Assembly: GCA_028534125.1 (NCBI GenBank)
Contig: CM052817.1
Coordinates: 60,266,001 to 60,330,000 of the forward strand
Reading direction: 5' to 3'
DNA length: 64,000 nt
From: Lama glama
Taxonomy: Eukaryota
Both the position numbers and the translations under genes were made by a program. Numbering within the stretch: position 1 is the first letter of the stretch; the number at the start of each line of letters is the position of its first letter. The notes under the pieces were generated by a model. That model did not search any database. It had not been told where the DNA came from and saw nothing but the letters and a program-made list of their open reading frames with translations. Positions 37,423 through 51,139 of the stretch are shown here, piece by piece.

Positions 37423-40178
37423 AAAGACATTTAGTTGCTTATGTGTCATTATATTTGAACTACAGTGGTTTTGTACCATTGCTGATTCACTAAATCTTCA
37501 CCTCACCTCAAAAACAATCAGAATTATTGTACTTAACATAGATTTATAGTAAAAATTTAATCAAAATAATATTTAACATTAGATCAGTGTCATTATAGGA
37601 GGTAAATTCACTTTTTCCCGGAGGGTCAAATCCTTGTTTTTAAATAATCTAGATGACTGAAAAACTATCTTTTCCAATGATTTTTCACACCAGACAGACC
37701 TTATGGATCACCCTGGTTGGCTATTCTAATTTCTCCCCTAGAACATTTAGATGTACCTTCAAGAAAAATAAAAACTTCATCTATCGTAAGGAGAAAATAA
37801 GACTCTGGGACCAAAAGACTTCTCTAATTCAGCTCAGAGGTGAAGTTCTGGGAAAGAAATGGAGTAAAATTTTTTAACCTGGAAATCAGAGTTTGCAAAT
37901 ATATGCTGATGATATGTAGGCTAATAGGTTAAACAGTGTTCCTTTTCCAGTAAAGGGTCTTTGCTGAATATTTTGGGTGACCCACTTAGGATGATGGTGC
38001 CCGCTGTCATTCTCAGTAAGTCACCTGTGCACCACTCTCGGCTGACTAGAAGCCCATGCCAAGATTCAACATCTGAGTACCAGCCAGTGTCTATTCTGAA
38101 TGTTTGGCTAATACAGGAATCACTTATCATTTCACAAGCAGGAGAGAAGTTGCTGTTCTTCCTCTTGTATCCAGCACTTTTCTGCTTTCTAATATACCTG
38201 CGTCTTTTAAGTTTCTGTAGTTTTCTCTCTGCTTTTCAGTGAGTCTACCGCTCTGCCTAGAGGATGGGTGTCTCAGTTGGATATCTGGTTTCTTCTCTAT
38301 GGGACTTCTTGAACAAATTCCTATCCATGGCAAGCCATTGGCTTCTGGAAAGCACAGTTATTTGACAAAAGGCTACAGAAATGCCTCCAACACCCATCAA
38401 ATGTGTGTGTGTGTGTGAAAATATGTAGAAAAGTTCTTGGGCACTTATTATAAACCTTTCCAGCTGGGAGGAACATAAGGGAAATGAGACACTCTTTACA
38501 GTAAGATAGTTAAGGGGAAAGAAAGCAAATTCCTTATTTTTCTTAAAGAAAACAGACTCTGCACTCTTTGTTATGGACAGAGACAGTTATGGGTCTGAGG
38601 TAGAGGCAGCCTTTGACATTTCCTTTTCTGGAGCATAGTGTTATCTGAATAAAATTAAGAAAGAATTAGGAAGAAAGTTTTGATCCACTGGCATCTAGTA
38701 TGATGGAGAAAACTTGAAGTTATGGAGAAAAATGTTCAGTTTGGCCCTTGGGTTTATTAAAAGGCCTTGATTTCTTTAGGGGCTGCTAGCTAAAGCAGAA
38801 CACAACACCTGGGTGAATATCTCTGTATTACAAGGACAAATTAAACAGAGCAACACCTCTAATAATAGTAATTTATTACAGCACTAAAACGGTGGGAACT
38901 AAAGGCTCTACAAAGTAATGGTGGACTGAGACTTTAATTTCCACATTAAATTAGCATAGTATATAAAAGTATTATTCTGTTTTAAAACAAGTTATATTTT
39001 TCTTAAAGTGGAAAACTTAAAAATACAGGGAATTTCAGAATAATACATGAGTAGCTTGGTTTTGCCTCCCACTACAGTCTCATTGTGTTATATAACAGGT
39101 AAAAATACAAAACTCTCATGAAAGTAATTAAATATCTAATTATCTAGGATATATACATATAATTCGGTATTATCAAAAGTAACAAAAGATCACAATTTTG
39201 TATATTTTATTTTGATTCCCTGTTTTCCTTGTTCTTTCATTAATTGCAATTCAAAATATTATTTTGTTGATTTGTACTTCGTTAGTATTAAATTAATAAA
39301 TAAGAATCTGAAAGTAGTCTCTCTAAAAACCATTAATGCATTAATACAACTTTTACAGCACAAAATTTGTCCAAAGACAAAAGCCGCCATCAGAATAAAG
39401 TCATTAAATGTGTTTATCACTATCACACAGAAAATAAAATATTTATCTTTTTAGAATTGTATCAAGGGAATGTAGGGAAATGAAAAATGTTATGACTTTT
39501 AAGTGGTATAACTGAAAATATTTTCTTTCAATATTTCCAGAAAGATACGATTCTTTCCCATTTTCTTAAATACCAGAACAACACATATGCCCAAAGTTTG
39601 TCAAAATCATAGTCTTACCCAGTAAAATTCCATGTTTCCACAGAGTTCTTGTCTTTCTTTTTATGCTGTATTAATCACTAGTAATTATTGTACTTTCTCT
39701 TTCTGTATTACAATTGGTAGAATAAATCCCTATGAACGTAAAAAGCCCAAGGATAAGTGACATTTAATATCAAAGAGCATCCTTTCTGAAAGTACATCGC
39801 GTGATTTCAAGAAATTATGCTGTACTAAATATTTTTTTCTTTTATCTTAATCCAGTCCTAGAACAGAAATATGCATTTATTATTTTTGAAAGCAGAGCAA
39901 TCATTACTAGAAAACAAAAATTGTCTATATGATCTTATAGCTAATAGTGTACAGCCCTGCGAAATTGCAAAAGTTCAGGATGGTAGTGGCATCTTCATTT
40001 AATATTGTTGTAATAGCCAGTCAACCATTAAATAAAAGTTTCTGAAATCCTGGTATCCCCTCTTATTCTTATTTTTAGTTAAAGCTGCGGAGAATCATTG
40101 ATTGAAATGTCTTTTATCCTCTTATTGCTCTTTAAATTTTTTTTTACCTCAGTCTTTTATACTCCTCCTTAATCATGA

Positions 40179-40340
40179 ATGCAAATAAAATTCAAAGTGT
40201 AATCAGCAGCTGCTGAAAGAGAGCTCTGAACAAACTGGGTTGCCATGGGAACAGTGAAGTCAGTCCTTGACCAGACAAAGAATAATACCTGGTGTGTGTG
40301 CATGGTGTGTGTGTGTGTGCAGATGCTTAACAACAATTTG
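40179..40340. promoter_or_regulatory. Candidate enhancer: octamer, palindromic E-box and RFX X-box cluster
   Basis: ATGCAAAT at 40179-40186; TCAGCAGCTGCTGA at 40203-40216; GTTGCCATGGGAAC at 40239-40252; no recognised repeat. Motif evidence only. Confidence 0.45.
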
Positions 40341-41229
40341 CAAAGAACGACTGAAAATATGTTCAGGTTTTTTCTCCCAACTAAATTGTTTATTTTTAGA
40401 TATTTAGGTTAAAGGTGAATGAATTCAATTATTGCATTAAATTAGTAAGAGGTTGTTTCTCATTTGAGACTAGATACTCCTATCCTGATTGAAGCTACAG
40501 GTATGAAAATGGTAGTATTAGACAAAAACTGAACATGGTAAATATTGAGTGCCTTCATTTGCAAACAAATAAACAATTAGTGTAATTACTTGGCCTGTTA
40601 TTGCTGTTGTTATCCTCGCCTTCATTTCTCCAACCAGCACTGCAGCATTTTTTTCTTTTTTTCCTCTTGGGAAAGAATTATCTTATCCTCTAAGCTGCTG
40701 GGGGAAAGTATTGTTAAGCTTTTTAAATGGTGAATATAAAGGTCATACCACTGAGGGATTTTCAGCTGTGAGTAAACACATTCAGAGAAAATAGTTCTCC
40801 ACATCACTCTTAATGCAGCAAATGTAGTTTTAAACTGACTACTACAATGTTTGAGTATCTTAATTTGGCATGAATAATGGCTGTTGCTGGTAATAACATC
40901 ATTAGACTACAAATGCTAGAAGGACTTTATTTAAACTTATTAATAAGTCTGTGTAAAAAATACAGTGGAATTCTCTGGCTCTAGATTTGTTCTACATTAT
41001 CAATACCTTGGCAAAGAAACATATTTCTTATTAATAGGAAATGAAAGCAATTGTCTTTGCTGGTGGAGGATCTGAATTTCTGTTTGGCACACTTAGATCA
41101 CATACCACTTGCCTAAGGCGTTGGGAAGTTGTTGCATCTTTCCTCTCTATATTCTATGCCAAGAGGCAAGGATGCTACCATTCTTTTTGTACATAGCACC
41201 TCCTCCCTGGAAAGTGCCTCTTTTTTATC

Positions 41230-41400
41230 AGGTGCTCTCTTCACTCACCCTGCAAGATAGGTCATTGAGATTCTCTCAGCTTTACAGCTGAGAAAACATC
41301 AGCATAGAAGGTTCAGTGACTTGTCTAAAATGGTTGAACAAGTTATTGACAGGGGAGAGATTAGAATTTACTTCGGAATGGAGTGACTTTCAAAGAAGGT
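41230..41400 (-). mobile_element. MIR fragment
   Basis: tttacagctgagaaaacatcagcatagaaggttcagtgacttgtctaaa is the MIR core. Confidence 0.75.
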
Positions 41401-43454
41401 TTTTTTTTTTTCCCTGACTTGATAAATTTGGAATTAAGTGTAGGAGTTGGCAAGAAGATTACCAATTGAAGTTAGTAGGATAAAAATATAATTGCTGTCT
41501 GGTTATAACCTAAAATGCTGCATTAAAACCCTGTATTCTGCCTCAACTAACAAAGACAAAGAATACAGATGGCAATTTATCATTTTTTTCTGAGCTTTCT
41601 TTTTACTTACCTGCCCTATGTTTCTTATCCTGTCACTCTGCCGTGTACTTTATTCTATCAGTCACTCTCCCTTGATCTGTCTCAAGCAATCATTGCAAAC
41701 TCATTTTCTTCTAATTGCTTCAACTTGGCAATGGTATTAAAGAGGCCAAAAAATGGTTTTTACCTAGAAAATAAACAATTCATTTAATCAGTATTTTAAA
41801 ACAGATTATGCTTATTTTTATGTCTTATTATTTGCAGGATAGTTTAATTTCTTTGGAATTGCATCATTATACTAAAAATGTTTAAAGTATTTAACATTCT
41901 ATTTATCAGTGTATCTGCTTCATGAAGTGGGCAACTGTAGATAGCGCATTTACACATTAATTGATACATAATGCAATAAAATGATATTTTTAAAATATTA
42001 AAGTTAATATGATTCTGAGTCTGATCCTTTGAATTACGAAAAGTCAGTTTTTCTGGGCTTTTCCTCATTGGATATTTCAAAGCAACTCTAGGGCTGTATC
42101 TCCATTCCAAAGGGATTAATCTCAATATCTACCCTGGAATGTTATCAGTAAGCCTAAACAGTCCATTCTTCTCCACTGTTACTGCAGTTAACCAGCACTG
42201 CATAGGGTCGCTCACAAAATTCAGGGCTGTCTTAGTAGTGTGGGAAAAATTCTCATTAACCTTTACTATTTCACTCCCTTATAACAGTCAGTATCTCTCA
42301 CTGTTGGTTTAGAGGAAGTAGCATCAGTTAAGATTGGTGGAGGAATGAGCCTCTCCTACCACATTTCTGCAGGTAGCACCATAAGTCCTCCCCCTGTACT
42401 ATTCACTAAACGCAGATTCCACAGCAATGAGCCTGTTGCATAGGATCTCATTGTTACCGCCTTCCAACAGGGTCTCAAGGCTAACTGGAGCCATATTTTT
42501 TCTTTTAACATTTTTCCTCTTTTATATTGTACAGAATGAATTTTTGTAAATGACCTCAAATCTTTACATGAAAGAAGTGGACTATAAACTCAAGTTTCTT
42601 AAAAATTCTCTAAAGAAATGGTATTTGAAACAAACAGTAAGTGTATGAATACCAATCACAAGTATGAAAAAGGAATAAAAAATAATTGGAATTATAACAT
42701 TCACAAAATTAAGATTTAATCATGTGGTAGCAATAGCATTCATTATAGGCAATTTTCTTGTGTGCTAATATTTTCTGTAATATTATTAAATTATTGTTTA
42801 AAGAAAAAATAATAAAGCAATAAGTGAGTTTAAGGGATTATATTATCAGGCTTAACATGTTAGGTAGGATAATAAACTTGCCATTCAAGAAAGTAGTTAT
42901 CTACTTGTATATCTTTTCTATCCAACCTGGCTTCTATTTTTTGATTTATTGAGTAATTTGGGAAGTATGGAAAACTTTCCTATCCCAGACCAAGCACAAT
43001 AGACTTCAAGTTACCTCTTAGAGTTGAATAAAAAATGGCACTCTAAATTTTAACACACATCCTATCACTTTTTTATGTCATCACCTCTTTTCCGCTCTTG
43101 TGTCTCATTCACTATTAGCTAATTATATCTACCATTAAGAGAGTGTTCTAAAAAAAAGAAAATGCATTGAATATGGAAATATAATTTACCATATTCTATT
43201 GAAATGTGGAAGTCTGGTAAATGAAATTGCTTAAAAATCAAAAGAAAATTAAAAGTTTAAATTCTAAGATCATAGAAGAAAAATAAACTTTTGTTTTTAC
43301 CTTAAAATGAGAAATTTATAAGAGTTTTTTTAATAGAACAATGTGACATACTCTTCATTCTCTCACTTTTAGCCTTTACATACATTGAGACAAGTACTAT
43401 ATCTTTTTTAACTTTTCAATATTTTCAAAAGCAGGTTTGGGGATTATCTCTATT

Positions 43455-44935
43455 TTTTTAATTTCCTCTTTCTTATTGTATAATTGACATATAAAATTAT
43501 AAGATATTTAAAGCATACATTGTGGTGATTGGATGCACATATACATTGTGAAAGGATTCCCCTTACCTAGTTAAATAACACATCCATCACATATTCATCT
43601 TTGTGTGTGTGTGAGAACATTTAAGTTCTACTCTATTTTAGCAAATTATAGTTATACCATACAGTGTTATTACCTATAGTCATCCTATTTCACATTAGAT
43701 CCTCAGACCTTATTCATCATGTATTTGAAATTTTATACTGTTTTACCAACCTTTCCCTATTTGCCCCAACTCCCAGCCCCGGGCAACCACTTTTCTACTC
43801 TCTACTTTTCTGAGTTTGACTTTTTTTTTTTTTAAGTTTCTGCCTTTAAGTAGTACCATACAGTATTTCCCTTTCTCTGGTTTATTTCACTTGACATAAT
43901 GCCTCAAGTTCTATCCATGTGGTCAAAAATGGCAGAATTTCCTTCTTTCCCTTGGTTGAATAATATCATATTGTGTGTGTGTGTGTGTGTGTGTGTTTGT
44001 GTGTGTGTGTATTTTCTCTATCTCTTCATCCACTGACAGGAATTTAAGTTTTTTTCATATCTTGGCTCATGTGAATAATGCTGCAATGAACATGGGAGTA
44101 CAGATATCACTTCAATATCCTTTTTTCATTTCCTTTGAATAAAAATACCCAAAAGTGGAATTGCTGTATAAAATGGTAGTTCTATTTTCAATTTTTTGAG
44201 GAACCTCCATACTGTTTTCCATACTGGCTGCACCAATATACTTTCCCACCAAAAGTGTACAAGATTCCCTTCCTCCACACCCTCCCCAACACTTGTAATC
44301 TCTTGTCTTTTTGATGATAGCCATTCTAACAGGTGATAACTCATTATGATTTTGATTTGCATTTCCTAGATGATTAGTGATTTTGAACATCTTTTCATGT
44401 ACCTGTTGGCCATTTGTATGTCATCTTTAGAAAAATGTTAAATCAGATCTTCTGTCGCTTTTTAATCAGATGTTGCAGCCACTGCACTAAGTCCTAGGGG
44501 TATAGCCACATCAAGTCCTCATGAGCCAGTTAAGAGCTATTTCTTTGTTATATTTTTGTTGGCCTCATGGATGTGAGCTCCATTGGCTTTCAGACGTTTT
44601 GAAGGTCTGCCTCACAGGTAGAAGTCTTAAAAGTTGGGTGCTAGATGTTGAGTCCAAACCCTTTGCTCTTCAGGAAGAAGCTGGGAATTGTGAGTTTTCT
44701 TCTGACTATATGTCACTGTGACAGGTATGGTGTTTATGGTGACAGTGTGTCTCAGACTTTCATACTCCTTTCAGTATGGTTATTTTCTTGTTTGCCTGGT
44801 GTTAGGATTTGCTCAGCAAGTTTCTGGATTTCTTTCAGAGGGAACTGCTCCATGTGTGGCTTTAGATTTTGTGTGCTCATGGGAAGAGGTGAATGCAAGA
44901 ACTTTCTATTTTGCCATCTTGGAATGAAATGCCCA
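43455..44935 (-). mobile_element. L1 (L1MA9-like) with 5' UTR joined directly to the ORF2 C-terminus and 3' UTR
   Basis: 43455-44470 is 3' UTR plus ORF2 end (frames give CWGGCG and [31 protein letters not shown]). 44475-44935 is an L1 5' UTR beginning ...ttccaagatggc on the minus strand. Contains a (TG)n at about 43973-44009. Confidence 0.85.
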
Positions 44936-47159
44936 CTGTATCTCTGATTGTTACTTAATATTTGGATAATAGTCCTTGTTAATGATGTGTTATGATCCTC
45001 ATAGCTAAAAAGAGTTTGATATAATATTCTTATGGTTTGATATGCTCATTGGCTTTGATATGCACTTTAATACTTTATTTACATTTAAAATGCAGATTTG
45101 TTATTTCTTTTTGTTTTGATTGATTGATTGATTGCTCTTTCTGTGAAGTAGAACAAGAGTTTTGTGAACCATAGTCAAAAGTGTTGCTCAGAATCATAAT
45201 ATCTTTATCTCACAAGGTTCTCTCCATGGTCTCCATGCTGAGATTATTGTTGATAAAACAGTGCTGGGTTTTATGCACTATGATTTTTCTATTCATAGAT
45301 CCTTCACTTACCCATAAAAGAGTAAGAAGAACTTAGAAAAAGTGATAATAAATTTCATATCTTACCCAATTTAAAACTTAGTATTTCTTGTACTTTTTTC
45401 CTCACAGAAAAATACGATACATTTGACTTAAAATAACTCTAAATTTCAAATAATGTTACTAAATGAATTGAATTCTAGTGTTATATACTGTTATATTTTT
45501 TCCAACAAATAACAAAGACTTACATTCTTTGGGGTAATAAAGTTTTAAGAGTTTTTAACTTCATTTACTAAAGAAGACAAATGTCATACATGTTCACTGA
45601 TAGTTCTTGCTTGTGTTAGCTACAGGCTGCCCTTGTAACTAATTCACAGTATGAACTCCTTTCAGACAGGATCATGAAAGAGCCCCCTTTATGCTTCTGT
45701 CATCTGCAACAGTCACCTTTTGCATTCACATTCTTAATTTACGACATGCTGCTTTTTTTAATCCTTTGCTGCTATAATGATGCCATCATCTTCTGAACTC
45801 ATTAAGGTCCCACATAGGTTTATATGTGTTGCGGTGACATCTTTATCTTCCAGAGCAGTTTGGAAACCTGCAGGGGTGTAGAATTGCTACAGATGGACCG
45901 TTATGCAAAACTGAGTATATCAAGCTTCCCCAAACTGAAAAGGGAAAGTATTCTGGAATGTAAAAGAGACATATGTTCCAGCAGGGGATGTTGGTTTATG
46001 GAGGTCAGAGCTGCACACTGATTGTTTTCTACTGGTGTCTTAGAGGTAGCTGACCATAAGGACTTATTTATGACTTTAAAAGATCTGAAAGAAGAACCAT
46101 GCTGATAATTTACTTGATTACAAACCTTTTATTCTCAAAGGAGATAACATAAAGATCAGAATCAGCCAATGCTTGATTGAAATAGGAATACAAATGAAGG
46201 AAAATGGATGATTATAATGCTGAGCAGACTGGAAAAAAAATCAAATGAAAGAGTAGCATATCCATAGATTTCACTAAACCTGAATCATGATCTTCTAAAT
46301 GGAATAATCTGATCTTTCAAAGAAAACATTAAGAAAAGCAACCTAGATTTCGTAACTCTCAATTTCTATACACCCTTTCCAATTATAACTATCTTTTTTA
46401 TTCTTAGTATACTATTCATTAGAAATGGGTTATTTATTTTCAGAATTTCTAACTTACAGAATTAACTGAATTGGGAACTGAAAAGTGACAATGTCACCCA
46501 TGTCTAGTATATAGTTCACAATGGAGTATGAAGACTCATATATTTAAACAGCTAAAAAGTAATCTCACTTAGAAAAAAAAAAATGGCAAGGAGGAAAAAT
46601 GATTGGGTTTCATGGCTCCATACTAGTAGCTCCAGTACTAATCTTGTCAGAGTAAGCCAGTAATAAAACACTCTTTTTATTGTCATTGACCACATTCATT
46701 TTAACAAATATAGTATTGCACACACAAAAATCACAGAATAAGTGTGCAAACGAGCCCAGAGAGAAGAAATTTTCAGTCTGACAAAAATTATACTTGTCTA
46801 TGTGTATGTGTCACTGTGCTCTATTGGGCAAATTACTTTTCTAGGGTCAAATAAGGACATAGTAAAGGAAGCACAGAATTTGTTGCCCTCAGATTTCCCA
46901 TTTATTGCCTAGCTACTGAATCTTGCCCTGTTTGTAATAGTTTAAGTTCAAGTATTCTGTAGTGTAATATTACAATCATAGCATTTCTTTCTTTTAAATT
47001 CTTTCAGACAAAACACAAGTATCTGCTACCAGGATTGACTATTGAAATAGAAAGCTATTCTGTCTAACATATTAGACATCATTTGATAAATACTAAGAAA
47101 AAACATGTTTTAATTTTGTGAAATATTACTGGGAAAGTAATACATCTAGAAAGAAGTTC

Positions 47160-47160
<1 letters not shown>

Positions 47161-47197
<37 letters not shown>

Positions 47198-47211
47198 GAG
47201 AGGGAGAGAGA
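47161..47211. repeat. (TG)n(GA)n compound microsatellite
   Basis: TG run 47161-47194 followed by an imperfect GA run. Confidence 0.95.
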
Positions 47212-47294
47212 TTTCTTAGTATATTCGGTCAATACCAATTACTGCTTCATAACATAGGAATAGGATTATTTATGCTTGATAAGCACATATTTCA

Positions 47295-47778
47295 GTGTTC
47301 TTATTTCAGCAAAGCTTTTGACGATAAAAAACAGAATACTTGACCTATAGTGACTTAAAATATAAGGGCATGTATTGTTGAGAACAAAAAATCTCAAGAC
47401 GCTTGATTCCAGAATTTGCTTGAATTTTCTTGCTCTTCTTATGGTCACAACATGGCTGCTATTGCCTCAGACCCCACACCTTCACATAACCATGTTTCAG
47501 TGCAGGAAGGAGATGAGGGTAACCTGGAGAGAGAGAAACAAAGAAGAAGAGAGAGAAAGAGAAAAATCTCTGTGCCTTATTTCTTTTATCAGGACCACTA
47601 ACCTTCCAGAAGACTTCCTTCAGTCTCATTGACTAGAATTAGGTCAGTGGACACTCCAAGCTTCAAAGTAGTTTGGAAAGAGGATCTGTTTTTCTTTAGA
47701 CCTCAAATGTGGAAGATGAATAAGGAAGAAGAGTAATAGGAAAGGCATCTTAGTACCCAGAGAACAAGGTCGGCCACA
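47295..47778 (-). mobile_element. MLT1J/K-type LTR
   Basis: atggtcacaacatggctgct...cagaagacttccttcagtctcattgactagaattaggtca...ends ggccaca. Confidence 0.75.
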
Positions 47779-48404
47779 AATCTTACCTGCTTTTAGTATT
47801 AATTTTTTCTCTCTTTAATTTTACATGTTCCACCTTCAGTTTTATTCTTTAGAGTATTTTCTCTCAAAAGAAAGAAAGTTGTTAATGTGTTGCAGTGAAG
47901 CTAGTACATTGAATTACCAGGCAACATGCTTTCAATCAAAGGTCACTTGAAATCCTTTGTGAATTTTAAATTTAATAATACGAATAACTGGAGTAATAAG
48001 CTACAACAAAGGCTAGGTTTAACTTGATCTCTTCTCAGGAATATATTGTCATAATCAGAAGCCAATTTTTTAAAGCATTTGCTGACCATGTTATGAATAA
48101 ATTACTAGAGATCATATCTACAATTCAAAGTAAAGCGAATACATTTTTATACACTTTTCTCAGCAGTAACCTTCATGGGAATATTTTATATTAATTTTTT
48201 ATACTCATTCACTATTTATTATTTTCCTACTCATCCATCTTTAAAATTAGGGAATGTATTTATTTGTCAATATTTGGTTTTATTTTGACTTAGAATAATT
48301 CAGCTACTGAGATTTGTGAATAAACTCTTTCATCCTTTTTTGAAGATCTTTTCTTGAAATCTTCTGGATTGGGTAACAAGCAAACTTTCTGCTCTATGTG
48401 CCAT

Positions 48405-48740
48405 TATAGTTGGCCCCACAGATTCAACTAATAGTGCTTGAATATATTTGAGGGGAAAAAAAAGAAAAAAAAAACTTCTAGAAAGTTCCAAAAAGCAAAT
48501 TGGGATTTGCTACAACTATTTACATTTACATAACATTTACATTGCATTTACAATTACAACTACTCACATAGCATTTACATTGTATTAGGTATTATAAGTA
48601 ATCTAGAGATGATTTAAAGTAGGATGTATTGTAGGTTGGTTGTATGCAACGCAAGTACTATGCTGTTTTATGTAAGGGAATTGAGCATTCATGGATTTGG
48701 CATCTGCTGGATCCTGGAACCAGTTTCTAGAGGATACTAA
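48405..48740. mobile_element. MER2-like Tigger-derived DNA transposon
   Basis: tatagttggccc...cacagattcaacta...catagcatttacattgtattaggtattataagtaatctagagatgatttaaagta...ttgagcattcatggattt...tcctggaacca. Confidence 0.85.
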
Positions 48741-49435
48741 TCATATTGCTTAAATCATAATATAAGATGGAATCTTGTTTTAGTATAAAAAAATAGAAAA
48801 GTTCCCCAAATCTCTCAATTTCTATATTGTACAAATTTTTCCTATTGGTAATACTGAGTTTTCTTAAAATCCATTATATATGTACATTTTAATATCTAAA
48901 ATTATTTTTCAATATCCTAATTAAAATTATCTATCTTTCATTTGGCTCATTCCAATATGTGTTTTTCTTTACTTCATGAATTTAGTGCAAGGTTAATATA
49001 TTAAAATAACTGTGTTATAAACTAGTGCTCAGTTCACTTCGGTATCAGAAATGTTAGCAATATTCATTGCAGCAAAAAAACAGTGTATTCATTCTGTTCT
49101 GACACCATATAATCATTTGTACTGCACTTAATCGCAAGACAGTCATCTTGCAAAATCTCACCAAAAAGTACATTCTATCTCTAGAAACATCAGGAGCTCC
49201 CAATAATTTGAGCTTGCTAAGGGGCGAGTAGATATAATGTAAATACAAGGAGCATGCTTCCATTTGATAACATTTGAAATGCGTGTGTGAAATACAGAAA
49301 CATAATTAAGGCAAATGAGTATAGCATGTTGATATTCCAGTCTAGAGTAGGAAAAGTTTTTCAGGTTTCTCCAACTTTCACTAATGACTGAAATGAAAGT
49401 TCAGTTATCTGGGCAAATGAATTGTTTCATTTCAG

Positions 49436-49658
49436 ATGGGGTTTCTTAAATTCATGCCAATTGACATCTGTACTGGAGGCTTCTTTATTGTGTTTGGGGT
49501 GGGGGACCTCATGTACATTATAGGATGTTTAACAGCATCTTTGGCATATTCACTTGCTGCCAGTAGCAACTCCCGAGTCTTGATATTAAAATGAGTATCT
49601 ATGGATATTGCCAGATATCAACTGGAGGACAGAATTACCCCCCAGTTAGGAACCACTA
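49436..49658. mobile_element. MER20 (hAT-Charlie)
   Basis: gtacattataggatgtttaacagcatctttggc...tgccagtagca...gatattgccagat...aattaccccccagttaggaaccact. Confidence 0.85.
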
Positions 49659-50964
49659 GACTAATGGTTAAATCAAATTATTTCAATTTTATGTTGCCCA
49701 GTTTGGACATTTGAATGTTATGGAACATGTTAAGAATAATATGTTTTTGGTACTATAGATATGGCAAATATTAGTTTGGTTAACATTTGTCAAGGAAAAA
49801 ATTAAATATACATTCTATGCCTCAAAGATAAATGAGAGAAACGGCTGTTACTCCTAAGTTCTTAAACGTTCCTCATTTTGTTTTCCAAATAAAATAATTT
49901 TAAAAATATTCTCAGAGTGTGTTTCTGAACTATCTCATCACTACAGAAGAAAACAAGGTCTCTAAATGTATAAATCTTATACTTCTACCTATTATGTTGG
50001 TACCTTATTTTTTCATATTATCTAGACAACTGCCATCTTTAGTATTTTTTGCTGGGAATTCAAAATGCCCACAAATTGTTTTTTTTCTTTTTTTCTTAAT
50101 TTGCTCTTTTCTCAGAGATCGGTTTCTTTGTCTGCTTATAGTTTAGATTAAGACCAATAGGAAGTCTGTGTTTAGTCAAAGCACAGCTAGATATTTTGAT
50201 GGAGAGAGTTTGCTTTGGCGCGAAATGCTGCTGTATATTTGTAAACCTCCCTGTGTATGTAATTTGACAGCATTTTAGACTCCCCAGTTAATGAGGCTAG
50301 CGGCAGCCTCTGTCCCCTGGGCCCAGTCAATTTGATACTGTCTCCATGTAGGTTGTCATAGTTATGTTGACTTCATTTGCTGTATTGGAAAAATAAAAAT
50401 CAGATCTTCAAACAGTAGGGAAATAACATTTCTTGGTTACCTTCCTCTGATTTCTCCCACTCTTACAGATAGATTTCTGACTACTTGCTCTATGTCTACA
50501 AAATAATGTGTTGAATAGATGAAAATATTAATCAGTATTGCCTTTTGAATGACCTGGATATTTCAGTACATATATTTCCTTCCAGAAGTCATGTATTTTC
50601 AGTGCTAGTGTCAACCCTCTACGTAAGCATGATTATATAATGAAATGGAGCAGCATGTATGTTAACTTAATGACAAGTGTAATTGCATGAGATCATTAAG
50701 TGCTTATAGGATGAACCGGAGAAGGCAGGAAGGATTGGGTGATTGTTAATTTTACAATATATGTTTGTTCAAGAGACATGTTTTTACCCCATGCCATCTT
50801 TTTTAATGTGATTTAGTTTTTTTTGTCTTTTCAAAAGTAAATTTATAGAATTTTACTGAGGCCAGTTTGGCTAGTTAATTGAATGTAAGTTTGAAGATTT
50901 TGTGATACACTGCAAAGGGAGTGAAATGCTGTTTTAGAAATACCTTTTAATACTATTTGTCAAA

Positions 50965-51090
50965 TTTCTTCTATTTTCAATGATGTCTAATAAATACCTC
51001 AACAATTTAGGGGCTTAAAACAAAAACATTTTTTCTACTCAGGTCTGTGAGTAGACTGGGGGGACTCTGATTCAGGCTGTAGGTCAGGCC
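50965..51090 (-). mobile_element. MLT1 LTR fragment
   Basis: taataaatacctcaacaatttaggggcttaaaacaa...tctgtgagtagactggg. Confidence 0.6.
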
Positions 51091-51139
51091 CTTTTTATAA
51101 TAGATACTGGCAGCACTGTAAATACATGTGTGTGCATAG

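Noticed and set aside
44112..44390. Overlapping Cys/Trp-rich ORFs
   Set aside because: Frameshifted pieces of the L1 ORF2p C-terminal domain.
45824..46021. ORF with an acceptor-like ctttatcttccag
   Set aside because: No recognisable protein and no convincing donor or poly(A) arrangement.
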